54,266 nt of DNA from Candidatus Uhrbacteria bacterium (GCA_016206155.1 JACQSC010000001.1:71105-125370); one strand, 5' to 3'; numbered from the stretch's first letter, positions 18,268-27,695 are shown. Notes: generated by a model not told the origin, from the sequence alone. Numbers and translations are program-made.

Positions 18268-18825
18268 ATGATTGTTTTTATAGATGAATCAGGAGTTCAT
18301 AAGACAGATGGGCATTCGTGCTTTTCCCTTGTTTATGTGACTACAGACAACGCAGAATTTTTGGAACATTCAATTATTGAAATTGAGCGGCAAAATCGTA
18401 TGTCAGTATTCCATTGGACAGATCAACCCTGGAAGCTGAGAAGCGTTTTTTTGCAGGCCGTAGCGAAGCTTCCATTCACAGCGAAGGTCGCTCTTTTTAG
18501 AAACCCAATCATAGAAACTAAAGCACTGGAGTGGGCGCTAAGGCACGTGCTTGTTGAGAAGAATTTTCGAGCCATCATTCTTGACGGAAAGAAGCCAAAA
18601 TGGGTTGAACGTCAGTTGAAGAAAGTGTTGCGCGACAATGGTATATCAGTAAAGAAACTTAAAACCGTTCGGCAGGAATCCTCTGCGGGGGTACGCCTTG
18701 CCGACGCTATTGCAGGACTGAGTCGAACATATTTTGACGATCCTTGTGGGAGGGCGCAGCCGTTATGGAGATGCATTGAATATAAAATAACCACCCAGCT
18801 TGTGGGTGGTCAGACAGATAGGTAA
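18268..18825 (+). CDS. DUF3800 family protein
   Basis: N-terminal MIVFIDESG hallmark. 185 aa. Confidence 0.7.
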   Translation: MIVFIDESGVHKTDGHSCFSLVYVTTDNAEFLEHSIIEIERQNRMSVFHWTDQPWKLRSVFLQAVAKLPFTAKVALFRNPIIETKALEWALRHVLVEKNFRAIILDGKKPKWVERQLKKVLRDNGISVKKLKTVRQESSAGVRLADAIAGLSRTYFDDPCGRAQPLWRCIEYKITTQLVGGQTDR

Positions 18826-18896
18826 GCCTTTCGGCCCCTCCTAACGGGAGGTGTCCCTACCTTCTTGTTAGTACAATCATATCAATGCGATACAAT

Positions 18897-18924
18897 TTGT
18901 CAAGATATAATTCATTGATATACT
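18897..18924 (+). promoter_or_regulatory. promoter placed for a leaderless pilD mRNA
   Basis: TTGTCA (18897-18902), 16 nt, TATACT (18919-18924). The ATG at 18931 is 6 nt after the -10. Confidence 0.45.
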
Positions 18925-18930
18925 GTCAGC

Positions 18931-19740
18931 ATGTTTGAATATATCATCATCTTCATTTTTGGCACGATTGTCGGGAGTTTTCTGAATGCATTGGTATGGA
19001 GGCTATCGGTCGGCGAATCGGTGCTTCATGGGAGGTCGTATTGCACTGACTGTCATACATCTCTCAATGCAGGGGATCTTATCCCGCTACTCAGCTTTTT
19101 TCTTCTTCGGAGAAGGTGCCGCTACTGCCGGTCAAACATTTCTTGGCGCTATCCGATTATTGAAGCGTGCGGTGGACTGCTGTTCGTCCTCGCGTACAGC
19201 ATTTTCCTGAAAACCGCACCCGATGGGCTAGCGCAGTCTCTGTTGCTTGGTGAGCATGGCAGGGATATCCTGCTCCTTATACGAAATTGGTTTTTTATAA
19301 GCGTACTCCTCGCGCTCTTTTATTATGATCTGCGCTGGTCCCTGCTGCCAGACAGTATAACGCTTCCGGCAATCGTTATCGGCCTTGTATTTCAGCTTAT
19401 TCTCCTCCCACAGCAGTTTTTGTTTATTATCATTGCCGCGCTGGTTGGCGCCGGGTTTTTTGCGGCGCAATACCTCCTTTCTCGCGGCGCATGGATTGGC
19501 GGGGGCGATATTCGTCTGGGTGCGCTCATGGGCGTCATGCTGGGTTGGCCCGGCGTTTTACTTGCGCTCTTTGTCGCGTATATCGTTGGCGCTGCTGGTG
19601 CGATTGTGCTTCTTGCGCTAAAACTAAAGGATCGCAAAAGCGCAATTCCCTTTGGTCCCTTTCTTGCGGGCGCGACAGGTATGGTGCTTTTATACGGTGA
19701 TCAATTGATGAGCGTAATACGAAACTGGTATGGGATATAG
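18931..19740 (+). CDS. pilD: prepilin peptidase (A24 family)
   Basis: N-terminal CxxC...CxxC zinc motif (CTDCHTS...CRYCRSNI), polytopic, and GGGDIRLG with the catalytic Asp. Confidence 0.92.
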   Translation: MFEYIIIFIFGTIVGSFLNALVWRLSVGESVLHGRSYCTDCHTSLNAGDLIPLLSFFLLRRRCRYCRSNISWRYPIIEACGGLLFVLAYSIFLKTAPDGLAQSLLLGEHGRDILLLIRNWFFISVLLALFYYDLRWSLLPDSITLPAIVIGLVFQLILLPQQFLFIIIAALVGAGFFAAQYLLSRGAWIGGGDIRLGALMGVMLGWPGVLLALFVAYIVGAAGAIVLLALKLKDRKSAIPFGPFLAGATGMVLLYGDQLMSVIRNWYGI

Positions 19741-20416
19741 AGGAGCTTTCAACTTTCAACTTTCAACTTTTCCGTTACAGAAAAACCAGCAGAGGGGGTT
19801 TACCCTGGTTGAGATTCTTGTTTCAATGGGTATATTATTATCCTTGATGACGATCTCGATTATCGGTTTTAGCAAGGCAACGCGAAGTGAATATTTGCGC
19901 TACGGCGCGCGTCGTCTTGCCGATGCTCTACAAAGCACCATAAGCTTTGCGCAAAGCGGCACTCATGCACAGTATACCACAGCGCAAAGTTACGGGGTGC
20001 ACACTGATATTGTCTCCCAGCAGATCGTCCTTTTTGCCGATCAGAATATATCTACTGGAGTCGGGCGTTGGGACGGAGCCACTGCTGACGCATCATTAAA
20101 AAAAGATGAGCCGATGCAGGAAGTGCTCACGTATGATGTTGGCAAACGGGGTGACGTGAAGCTAGAGAGAATCGTCGTTATGTATCACATAGATGGTGGC
20201 GCACAGCAATCAAAAGATGTTACCATGATTGACATAGCATCTGTGCCGCCAAGCGCGAACATGGTATTCTCAGGCGGTTCTGATTTTCCAGCAGGATCGG
20301 CTGGTCAGATGCTTTCTGTTGAGCGTGTGGAGTTGATAATAAAGGAAATCTCAACAGGAAAAACATCGAAAGTTGTTATTCACGCGCTTTCTGGCCGTAT
20401 TGATGTTGATTACTAA
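19730..20416 (+). CDS. pseudopilin / minor pilin (prepilin-type N-terminal domain)
   Basis: QRG|FTLVEILVSMGILLSL motif after an unusually long 22-aa leader that includes the heptad repeat. Confidence 0.8.
   Translation: MGYRGAFNFQLSTFPLQKNQQRGFTLVEILVSMGILLSLMTISIIGFSKATRSEYLRYGARRLADALQSTISFAQSGTHAQYTTAQSYGVHTDIVSQQIVLFADQNISTGVGRWDGATADASLKKDEPMQEVLTYDVGKRGDVKLERIVVMYHIDGGAQQSKDVTMIDIASVPPSANMVFSGGSDFPAGSAGQMLSVERVELIIKEISTGKTSKVVIHALSGRIDVDY
19746..19772. repeat. orphan heptad array (CTTTCAA)x3.5, translated as part of the pseudopilin leader
   Basis: ctttcaactttcaactttcaacttttc with no inverted partner nearby. Its reverse complement TTGAAAG resembles the 8317 array. Confidence 0.8.
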
Positions 20417-20421
20417 TTCGA

Positions 20422-20456
20422 GGGTATAGGGTATAGGATAAAGGGTATAGGGATAG
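20422..20456. repeat. orphan heptad array (GGGTATA-type x5), no inverted partner
   Basis: gggtatagggtataggataaagggtatagggatag. It starts 5 nt after the pseudopilin stop and ends 1 nt before the GT2 ATG. Confidence 0.85.
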
Positions 20457-20457
20457 T

Positions 20458-21525
20458 ATGATAAAGAGAGTTTTTGTTATTGTCATTACGCACAACGGGG
20501 AAGATGATATCGGCGATTTTCTAGAAACGTATCGACAGTACACGCCGGAGGACGTATCGCTTGTTGTTGTTGACAATGCATCCAGCGACAACACACTTGA
20601 TATCGTTCGTGATCGGATGCCAGATGTCGCGATACTCCAAAACGTAATGAATAGAGGATATGCTGGAGGCGCGCGAGAGGGTATGGAGTATGCTCTTGCG
20701 CAGGGTGCTGCGACCATTGCTCTGGTGAATCAGGACTTGAGATTCACTCAACACTGGCTCGAGCCGATGGTTGAATATCTTGATTCGCATACGGCCTGCG
20801 CTGCGGTTCAGCCGCGCATTATGATGTACCCCCAAAGCGATATCATCAACTCCTACGGCAACGCCCAGCACTATCTTGGCTTTGGATATACAATAGGGTA
20901 CAGAAAAGCAGATAATGACTATTCTTGTGAAAACGGCAAACAGCTTGCAACATGCAGCGGCGCGGCAACCCTCTTTCGTGCATCAGCTCTGAAGGAAGTC
21001 GGTTTGATAGATGAACATTTTTTTATGTACTATGAGGATAGCGACCTGTCGTGGCGTTTGCGCATGGCGGGTTATACGCTCTCACTATGTTGTGATTCAA
21101 CGGTGTATCACCGCTACGAATTTTCCCGCAGTATACAAAAGTTTTACTATATGGAGCGCAATCGCCTCATAACGGCTATGGCGAACTATTCCGTGCGTAC
21201 ACTCCTGCTGCTCGCGCATATGATGCTTGTCATGGAGGCGGGGATGGTCGGGTATAGCATACTCGGGACACTAAAAGGCAAACGGGCATACCTTACCGCT
21301 CGGGAGAAGCTGCGCAGCTATGCCTATTTTCTTTTTCCTTCGTCTTGGCGATATATTTTGCAAAAGCGCCGCGTTGCGCAGCGTATCAGAAAGGTTTCCG
21401 ACCACGAAATCGTGGGACTCTTTGTCGACACCATAGAATTTCAAGATATTGACAACGGAGTCTTGCGGCGCATAGTCAATCCATTAATGCATTGGTATTG
21501 GACATGGATACAGCGCATCATCTGA
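20458..21525 (+). CDS. family 2 glycosyltransferase (rhamnosyltransferase-like)
   Basis: VIVITHNG...VVDNASSDNT and DxD-like YEDSDLSWR. Confidence 0.85.
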   Translation: MIKRVFVIVITHNGEDDIGDFLETYRQYTPEDVSLVVVDNASSDNTLDIVRDRMPDVAILQNVMNRGYAGGAREGMEYALAQGAATIALVNQDLRFTQHWLEPMVEYLDSHTACAAVQPRIMMYPQSDIINSYGNAQHYLGFGYTIGYRKADNDYSCENGKQLATCSGAATLFRASALKEVGLIDEHFFMYYEDSDLSWRLRMAGYTLSLCCDSTVYHRYEFSRSIQKFYYMERNRLITAMANYSVRTLLLLAHMMLVMEAGMVGYSILGTLKGKRAYLTAREKLRSYAYFLFPSSWRYILQKRRVAQRIRKVSDHEIVGLFVDTIEFQDIDNGVLRRIVNPLMHWYWTWIQRII

Positions 21526-22658
21526 CAATTATTAGTCCCGTGTTTCCGCCATATCGGAGCGGACAAGGTTCTGTTGCGTATGAAAATGCGCGCATGGCGT
21601 CGCAGGCCGGTATTGAGACAGCGGTGTATACTCCCTGGTATCAAAAACTTCGGACCCAAACACCTCATCAGGAGCGCACGGACGGATTTACCATCCAACG
21701 TCTGCGGCCATTCTTTTCCTATGGCAATGCCGCATGTCTTGTGCAGCTTTTTTGGAAATTGCGATCAGCGCAAACGATTCATCTTCACTATCCCGCACTC
21801 GGCATGGAATTGCCGGTGTTGTTCTGGTCTCTTCTTGGAAAGCGGCTCATTGTAACCTATCACATGGATCTTGTTGGAAAGGGACGGTGTATGCAGGCGT
21901 TCTTTCGTGCGTACTCCGCGCTTTTTCTTCCACTCATTCTTAGCAAGGCCGCAGTACTATTTGTCACCTCCTCTGATTACGCCGAACAATCGTTGCTCCT
22001 GCGTCCGTTTTATAAGAACCTACGAAAAAAAATCATTGAACTGCCCAATAGCGTGGATACGAATATATTCTCGCCCATGGCCCCCGCTCCGATGATTGGG
22101 GAACAACCAATGAATGATTATATTCTTTTTGTCGGTGCGCTTGATGCCGCCCACTATTCAAAAGGCGTGGCCGTACTTCTTGAAGCATGCGCCCGCCTTA
22201 CTGGGTCGTATACCCTTGTGCTTATCGGAGACGGGGACATGCGCGCTCTCTATGAACAGCAGGCGCATGATAGGGGTATTTCTAATCACGTTCTCTTTAT
22301 CGGATCATGCGCGCACGACGATCTGCCGCGTTGGTATGCCCATGCGCGATGCCTTGTACTTCCTTCAACAGATTCGACCGAGGCCTTTGGTATTGTTATT
22401 ATTGAAGCGGGGGCAAGCGGGGTTCCTTCAATTGCAACACGCATTCCCGGCGTGCGGAGTGTTGTCCAAGAGGGGGAAACGGGCTTTCTTGTCGCGCCAA
22501 AAAATGCCATCGAGCTTGCGGAGAAGATACAATTCATACTTTCGCATCCTGACCGTGCACGTTCCATGGGCCACGCAGCACAACGGCGCGTGAATGAGCG
22601 CTACGCCTATGATGCGGTGGGACGAATCTATGTACGCGCCATTACCGGCTGTATGTGA
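21492..22658 (+). CDS. GT-B glycosyltransferase (family 4/1)
   Basis: E-x7-E region EAFGIVIIEAGASGVPSIAT...GETGFLV. The start may be the ATG at 21504. Confidence 0.85.
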   Translation: MVLDMDTAHHLTIISPVFPPYRSGQGSVAYENARMASQAGIETAVYTPWYQKLRTQTPHQERTDGFTIQRLRPFFSYGNAACLVQLFWKLRSAQTIHLHYPALGMELPVLFWSLLGKRLIVTYHMDLVGKGRCMQAFFRAYSALFLPLILSKAAVLFVTSSDYAEQSLLLRPFYKNLRKKIIELPNSVDTNIFSPMAPAPMIGEQPMNDYILFVGALDAAHYSKGVAVLLEACARLTGSYTLVLIGDGDMRALYEQQAHDRGISNHVLFIGSCAHDDLPRWYAHARCLVLPSTDSTEAFGIVIIEAGASGVPSIATRIPGVRSVVQEGETGFLVAPKNAIELAEKIQFILSHPDRARSMGHAAQRRVNERYAYDAVGRIYVRAITGCM

Positions 22659-24756
22659 ATACAACAGCCTTTTCGCTATCAATTTCACGCCATTCGTCAG
22701 CGGTTGCTTTTCCGTCGCGTACGATGATAGGAAAACGGAATTCGTAGTCACGGACCACGAAATAGATTCGATCAACACCGACGATATCCATTGCCCGCGC
22801 CGCCGTTTCTCGCGATGGCGCACGCAGCATCGCGTAGTATTGTTCCGCAAGCGGTGATCCGCTTGGTACAGGATAATAAAAAACCTCACCATAGGCGGGA
22901 ACATTAAAGTAGCGCGCAAAGCCAAACTCGCGGATTGCGGCAGATGCCACAACTTGGTTTGAGAGGACGGCATAATCTCGCCCTCCGGCATCAGCATCAA
23001 TGGCATGAACCGCGTTAATGTCAGTCTGGGAAAGCGTGTAGGCATGAGAGGGGACATAGACATCGTTGCGGGGATAGGAAAGATATAGCCCGGCGGTGAG
23101 CAGTCCTGCAAGCCCGAGCAGTGTAACAAGGCGTATTATTGGAGTGCCATCGCGTATTCGCGAAAGGAGCGTGTCAAGGGTAATTGCGGCAAGTGGGAGT
23201 AGAAAAAGCGCGGCAGCCTCGAAGAGACGCTTTGCATAGTCCTGCTGTTCAAAACCGGCAATCGAATCAATGCGCAGCAGAGAGCCGGTTAAGATACCAG
23301 TGATTGCAATAAAGAGCGCTGAAAAAAGGCATGCCCGGAAAAATGGCTGAGATCGGATCTCAGCCATTTTGGCGAGGATGATGCCGATGAGAGCGAGTAT
23401 TAGAAGGACAAGGTGACCATGATAATGAGCGGCGTATGTAGCGTCGAGGAGCGGGGAAAAGCGTGTTTGAAGCGTGCCTTCAAGCCGTATGATCTGTATA
23501 AGATCGTGAATCGTGGGCAGAGAAAGTGAGAGATGAAACTGCGGTGAGATGAACGCGTTTGCAATAAAGGCGAGAGGTATACTGACTGCGCCCAGCACAA
23601 ACACTCCAGCAGTCATGAGGTGCCGTCGAGCAATGGATGTTGCAAGTATCGCGAGAAAAAAGAGAAGGGGAATACCGGCAAGCGGGTGGAGCATGAGCGT
23701 AAAGAGCGCAAGAGCTCCAACAAGGATCCAGTGGCGGCGATTACGTGTTTGAGCGGCAAACCCACTCGACAACAGGGTAAGAATTGTGGTACCATAAGCC
23801 AGACCCCACGGCGTCGTCATCACGAGGTGCGGAAAGGGGATGATAAAAAAGCAGAGCGCGACGAGGAGCGGATTTTTTACATAGCGTGTGAGCGCCGTGA
23901 CAAGCAGTACCGGTAAAGAAAGTCCGATCACGATCAAGGTGAGCGGCTGATGAACAGACGCAACAGAAAGATCAAAGATTCGCGCAAAAAATGGAATAAC
24001 GGCATATTGGGCAAGATAATAGAATGTTTTTGGCAAAACAGATCCGTGTTCGAGAACCAGTTTTTCCGCGGCGTGATGAATAATCGGATCAAAGCCGAAC
24101 GAAAGCGGAAAGCGTATGAGGGCGACGGAGAGTGAGGTTGTTGTGTGAAGAATGAGGAGTAAGAGCGAGAGCGCAGATGGTATGCCAATCCAAAGAAGGA
24201 CGACCAAAAGAAATGAGGAAAAAAAGAACAAGACAAACATGATTGGCCCCACACCGTCCCAAGGTCCGAGTACCGCGTCTGTTGTTTGCAGGAAATAAAG
24301 ACCAGCAAGAAATGCTATGATGCAAAGGACGTACAGCGAGGAAAACAGAAGCGTATGCGGCCGCAGCGGTAAGGATGGCTGAGGTGAAGAGGGTTCCAAT
24401 GCGGTATGATTGCCAAGACGTGCTGAAAGAAGCGTTGCGGCAAGCACAAGCCAGAGGAGAAGAATGACAATCGGAAGCGAGAGGTCAAAGAAAAAATAAA
24501 TAATGCCGCCAATGCCGCCAATAAAAGAAACCAGTGCCAGAGGAGCGCACAGCAATGCGCGCACCCAGGAAATGCCTGTGCAATTGCGAACAATGAGAGC
24601 GCCAGTTCCCAAAAAATATACCACCGCAACACCGCGCATGATCCCTGTTCCGGTCGCGTCAAAAATGAGTCCGCCAGTGATTGTCACGGCACAGAGTCCG
24701 AGAAGAGAGATGAGAATCTTCATATGATGAGCTTTCCATCCTTTTGTGATCGTCAT
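22642..24756 (-). CDS. large polytopic membrane protein with a C-terminal extracytoplasmic domain (GT-C-like glycan transferase/polymerase is a guess)
   Basis: 704 aa with more than 12 predicted TM helices. It converges on GT4 with a 17-nt overlap. An alternative start lies at 24723 (MKILISLL). Confidence 0.75.
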   Translation of the reverse strand: MTITKGWKAHHMKILISLLGLCAVTITGGLIFDATGTGIMRGVAVVYFLGTGALIVRNCTGISWVRALLCAPLALVSFIGGIGGIIYFFFDLSLPIVILLLWLVLAATLLSARLGNHTALEPSSPQPSLPLRPHTLLFSSLYVLCIIAFLAGLYFLQTTDAVLGPWDGVGPIMFVLFFFSSFLLVVLLWIGIPSALSLLLLILHTTTSLSVALIRFPLSFGFDPIIHHAAEKLVLEHGSVLPKTFYYLAQYAVIPFFARIFDLSVASVHQPLTLIVIGLSLPVLLVTALTRYVKNPLLVALCFFIIPFPHLVMTTPWGLAYGTTILTLLSSGFAAQTRNRRHWILVGALALFTLMLHPLAGIPLLFFLAILATSIARRHLMTAGVFVLGAVSIPLAFIANAFISPQFHLSLSLPTIHDLIQIIRLEGTLQTRFSPLLDATYAAHYHGHLVLLILALIGIILAKMAEIRSQPFFRACLFSALFIAITGILTGSLLRIDSIAGFEQQDYAKRLFEAAALFLLPLAAITLDTLLSRIRDGTPIIRLVTLLGLAGLLTAGLYLSYPRNDVYVPSHAYTLSQTDINAVHAIDADAGGRDYAVLSNQVVASAAIREFGFARYFNVPAYGEVFYYPVPSGSPLAEQYYAMLRAPSRETAARAMDIVGVDRIYFVVRDYEFRFPIIVRDGKATADEWREIDSEKAVVFTYSR

Positions 24757-25326
24757 TATTATCCGGCAGAAAAAGTATTAGTGACCGATCGCATTATTGC
24801 CGCGCTCTTTCTGTGGGCCGTGCCGTCGGTGCTTACCCCGAATCATATCACGCTTTTTCGAATCGTAGCAACGGTGCCGACAATCACTCTTCTGCTCTTC
24901 GAACAGTACGCGGTTGGTATCCCGCTGTTTCTATTCGTCGCCCTGACCGACGCGCTTGACGGCGCGCTTGCCCGCACGCGGAACATGATCACGGACTGGG
25001 GGAGAATCTTTGATCCCGTTGCCGATAAACTGCTCGTGATTCCATCGCTTGCGATTCTCATGGTGAAGAATCTGCCAATCGAGTTGGTGTTGCTTATTAT
25101 CGCGCTTGAACTGTTTGTGATGGGCGCGGCGCTTGTCTGGCGCAATCGCGGTGGAGTGATTTCCGCGAACATGTGGGGGAAGGTAAAGATGATCCTGCAG
25201 ATTGTTGGCATCTTCCTTCTTCTGCTCTCGCTCTGGCTTGGATTTCCTACGCACCAGGTCGCGGCTCTTGTCTTGGGAGCGAGCGTCTATTGTTCAATCA
25301 TGAGTATTGTCTATCATGGCATCTAA
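24724..25326 (+). CDS. CDP-alcohol phosphatidyltransferase family protein
   Basis: DALDGALARTRNMITDWGRIFDPVADK fits the D-x2-D-G-x2-A-R...G-x3-D-x3-D motif. Confidence 0.88.
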   Translation: MMSFPSFCDRHYYPAEKVLVTDRIIAALFLWAVPSVLTPNHITLFRIVATVPTITLLLFEQYAVGIPLFLFVALTDALDGALARTRNMITDWGRIFDPVADKLLVIPSLAILMVKNLPIELVLLIIALELFVMGAALVWRNRGGVISANMWGKVKMILQIVGIFLLLLSLWLGFPTHQVAALVLGASVYCSIMSIVYHGI

Positions 25327-25894
25327 TACCATATGGCGGGGATTCCTTACCACGATAATGATCGGACTTGTTCTCTTCGTTGCGAACTATCATGTACCAC
25401 TCTCGGGAACAAAGACGATTACCTATGATTTTCGCGGACCCGATGGGACGATAAGCCATGCTTATCCCGTTGCGCGAGTGCGCGATATGGCGCGGCAGAA
25501 CGGGCGCACCTATCGGCCCATGATTGAAGATCCTGTCTATGTTGATGTCAAGACACTTCTGCCCTATCGAGTTGCCCGCATTGATCTTATTTTTCAAAAT
25601 ACCACATCAATACCTCTTGCTGTGGGGATGAAGCGCGCGGGCGGCACCCCTTCATTTGATTTGAAATCCGTCGAGGAAGCACCCACCGAGGGGGGGTGGT
25701 CCCGTGGGTCGGTATTATTTGATTTATCTACAGCGAGTTACTACAATGGTAAATATACGTTTGCGTTCTCGGTACCGGGCTTGCGTACTGAACGGCCCGG
25801 TCAGGGCGAAGTGCGACTGTCACAGATGCGCCTGATCCTGGAGCGTCCGCCGCTCTCATGGGATGATATTTTAACGCTATGGAAAAATTTTTAA
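25307..25894 (+). CDS. hypothetical membrane-anchored exported protein
   Basis: 195 aa with an N-terminal TM helix. No family was recognised. Confidence 0.55.
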   Translation: MSIMASNTIWRGFLTTIMIGLVLFVANYHVPLSGTKTITYDFRGPDGTISHAYPVARVRDMARQNGRTYRPMIEDPVYVDVKTLLPYRVARIDLIFQNTTSIPLAVGMKRAGGTPSFDLKSVEEAPTEGGWSRGSVLFDLSTASYYNGKYTFAFSVPGLRTERPGQGEVRLSQMRLILERPPLSWDDILTLWKNF

Positions 25895-26232
25895 GAATCA
25901 TATCGCTCATGCTTTCGGATATCTTTCTGGCGTCACTGTTTTTATATCTCGCGGCGGTGTACATTGATCTTTCGTTTGAGGGGGTTGTTTCGCGCGCATT
26001 TAATGTCACGATTCTGCTCATCATCTGTATTGCTTCCGGTATTGGGACTGTTCTATTTCCCCATCCGCGCCGCTCATGGGTTCCTATCGTCGTACTAAGC
26101 GTTATGGTCGGATCGATCGTTGCAAAGATTTCGGAATCTCTCTCTCCATTGGCGCTGCTTATCGGCGCTGCCGGTGGGATCGTTGTTTTTTTGGCGGGTT
26201 CTGCTATGATACGGCAATATGACGGGGAATAA
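25879..26232 (+). CDS. hypothetical 4-TM membrane protein
   Basis: 117 aa, hydrophobic, overlapping both neighbours. Confidence 0.55.
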   Translation: MEKFLRIISLMLSDIFLASLFLYLAAVYIDLSFEGVVSRAFNVTILLIICIASGIGTVLFPHPRRSWVPIVVLSVMVGSIVAKISESLSPLALLIGAAGGIVVFLAGSAMIRQYDGE

Positions 26233-26635
26233 AGATTGTATTTTTTGTAAGGTTATTGCCGGCGAGCTACCGTGCTGGAGAGTCTATGAGGATGAACGTG
26301 CTGTGGCGTTCCTTGACCTCTATCCGACAAGTAAAGGCCACACGTTGGTTGTCCCCAAGAAACATTGCGCGGATTTCGTGAGTGCCGACATCGAGTGTCT
26401 TCAATCGGTTCTTTTGACAACGCAGAAGATAGCGCGCGCAGTAGTGGCGGGAACAAATGCAGATGGGTGTAATGTGACAACGAATAACGGCAAGGCGGCA
26501 GGTCAATCAGTGCTCCACCTTCACTGGCATATTATTCCTCGCTTTGATGGAGACGGACTCGTGATGTGGCCTCAGGCGCCATACGATGAAGGAGAAAAAG
26601 AAGTATTTCAGGAAAGAATAGGAAAGTTTTTATAA
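26219..26635 (+). CDS. HIT (histidine triad) family nucleotide hydrolase
   Basis: CIFCKV...GHTLVVPKKH and the histidine triad HLHWHIIPR. Confidence 0.92.
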   Translation: MTGNKDCIFCKVIAGELPCWRVYEDERAVAFLDLYPTSKGHTLVVPKKHCADFVSADIECLQSVLLTTQKIARAVVAGTNADGCNVTTNNGKAAGQSVLHLHWHIIPRFDGDGLVMWPQAPYDEGEKEVFQERIGKFL

Positions 26636-26651
26636 GAATTTATTTTACAAT

Positions 26652-26679
26652 CTGGATCCCGGCCTTCGCCGGGATGACA
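26652..26679. repeat. 28-nt conserved hairpin CTGGATCCCGGC-CTTC-GCCGGGATGACA
   Basis: An 8-bp perfect stem, ATCCCGGC/GCCGGGAT. A second copy at 35176 carries compensatory changes. Confidence 0.8.
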
Positions 26680-26684
26680 CGAGT

Positions 26685-27695
26685 ATGAAACTCCTGATCA
26701 CTGGCGGATGCGGATTCATGGGATCGAACGCGGTTCGCTATTTTCTAAAGAACTATCCTGACTATCGCATCATTAATCTCGACGCACTGACGTATGCCGG
26801 TAATCCTGAGAACGTGCGTGACATCGAAAACGATCCTCGCTACACTTTTGTTCATGGACGGATCGAGGATGAGACAGTGGTCGAAAAGATTTTTTCCACC
26901 TTCAGGCCCGATGTCGTGATCAATTACGCAGCGGAGACACACGTTGATCGTTCGATAATGGATCCGAAGGCATTTTTGACAACAGAGATTTTTGGCACCC
27001 ATACGCTCCTTGAAGCCGTACGTCGGCACGAAACCAGCCGATATGTCCAGATTTCAACCGATGAGGTGTACGGCAGCATTGCTGATGGGGTGTGGACCGA
27101 AAGGGCGCCCTTCGACCCGTCGAGCCCCTATTCGGCGGCAAAGGCTGGCGCGGATCATCTTTGTCTGGCATATTGGAGAACCTACCACACTCCCGTTATC
27201 GTGACGCATTCATGCAATTTTTACGGACCTTACCAATACCCCGAGAAGATGATTCCGTTGTTCATCATTAACCTGCTCGAGAACAAGAAGGTACCATTGT
27301 ATGGCGATGGGGGCAATGTTCGCGAGTGGATCTATACCGAGGATCATTGCCGCGCCATTGACCGTATCGTTCATGACGGGCGGTTTGGCGAGTCATATAA
27401 TATCGGCACCGGGGAGCGCATGACCAATCTCGAACTGACGAAAAAAATTCTTTTGATGCTCGGCAGAGGCGATGAGATGATCGAACCCGTGAAGGATCGT
27501 CCCGGGCACGACCGTCGTTATGCAGTCGATCCCTCCAAGCTCATCACGTCGCTTGGCTGGAAACCTGATACGGCGTTTCAGGATGGACTTGCCAAAACAA
27601 TCGAATGGTATCGGACTCATGAGCAGTGGTGGAAGCCGCTTCGTAATGGGGAATATCTTGAGTACTACAAAAAGCAATACGCGACTGCGCGATGA
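26685..27695 (+). CDS. rfbB: dTDP-glucose 4,6-dehydratase
   Basis: ITGGCGFMGSN, catalytic YSAAKAG, and full-length RmlB-like sequence. Confidence 0.92.
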   Translation: MKLLITGGCGFMGSNAVRYFLKNYPDYRIINLDALTYAGNPENVRDIENDPRYTFVHGRIEDETVVEKIFSTFRPDVVINYAAETHVDRSIMDPKAFLTTEIFGTHTLLEAVRRHETSRYVQISTDEVYGSIADGVWTERAPFDPSSPYSAAKAGADHLCLAYWRTYHTPVIVTHSCNFYGPYQYPEKMIPLFIINLLENKKVPLYGDGGNVREWIYTEDHCRAIDRIVHDGRFGESYNIGTGERMTNLELTKKILLMLGRGDEMIEPVKDRPGHDRRYAVDPSKLITSLGWKPDTAFQDGLAKTIEWYRTHEQWWKPLRNGEYLEYYKKQYATAR

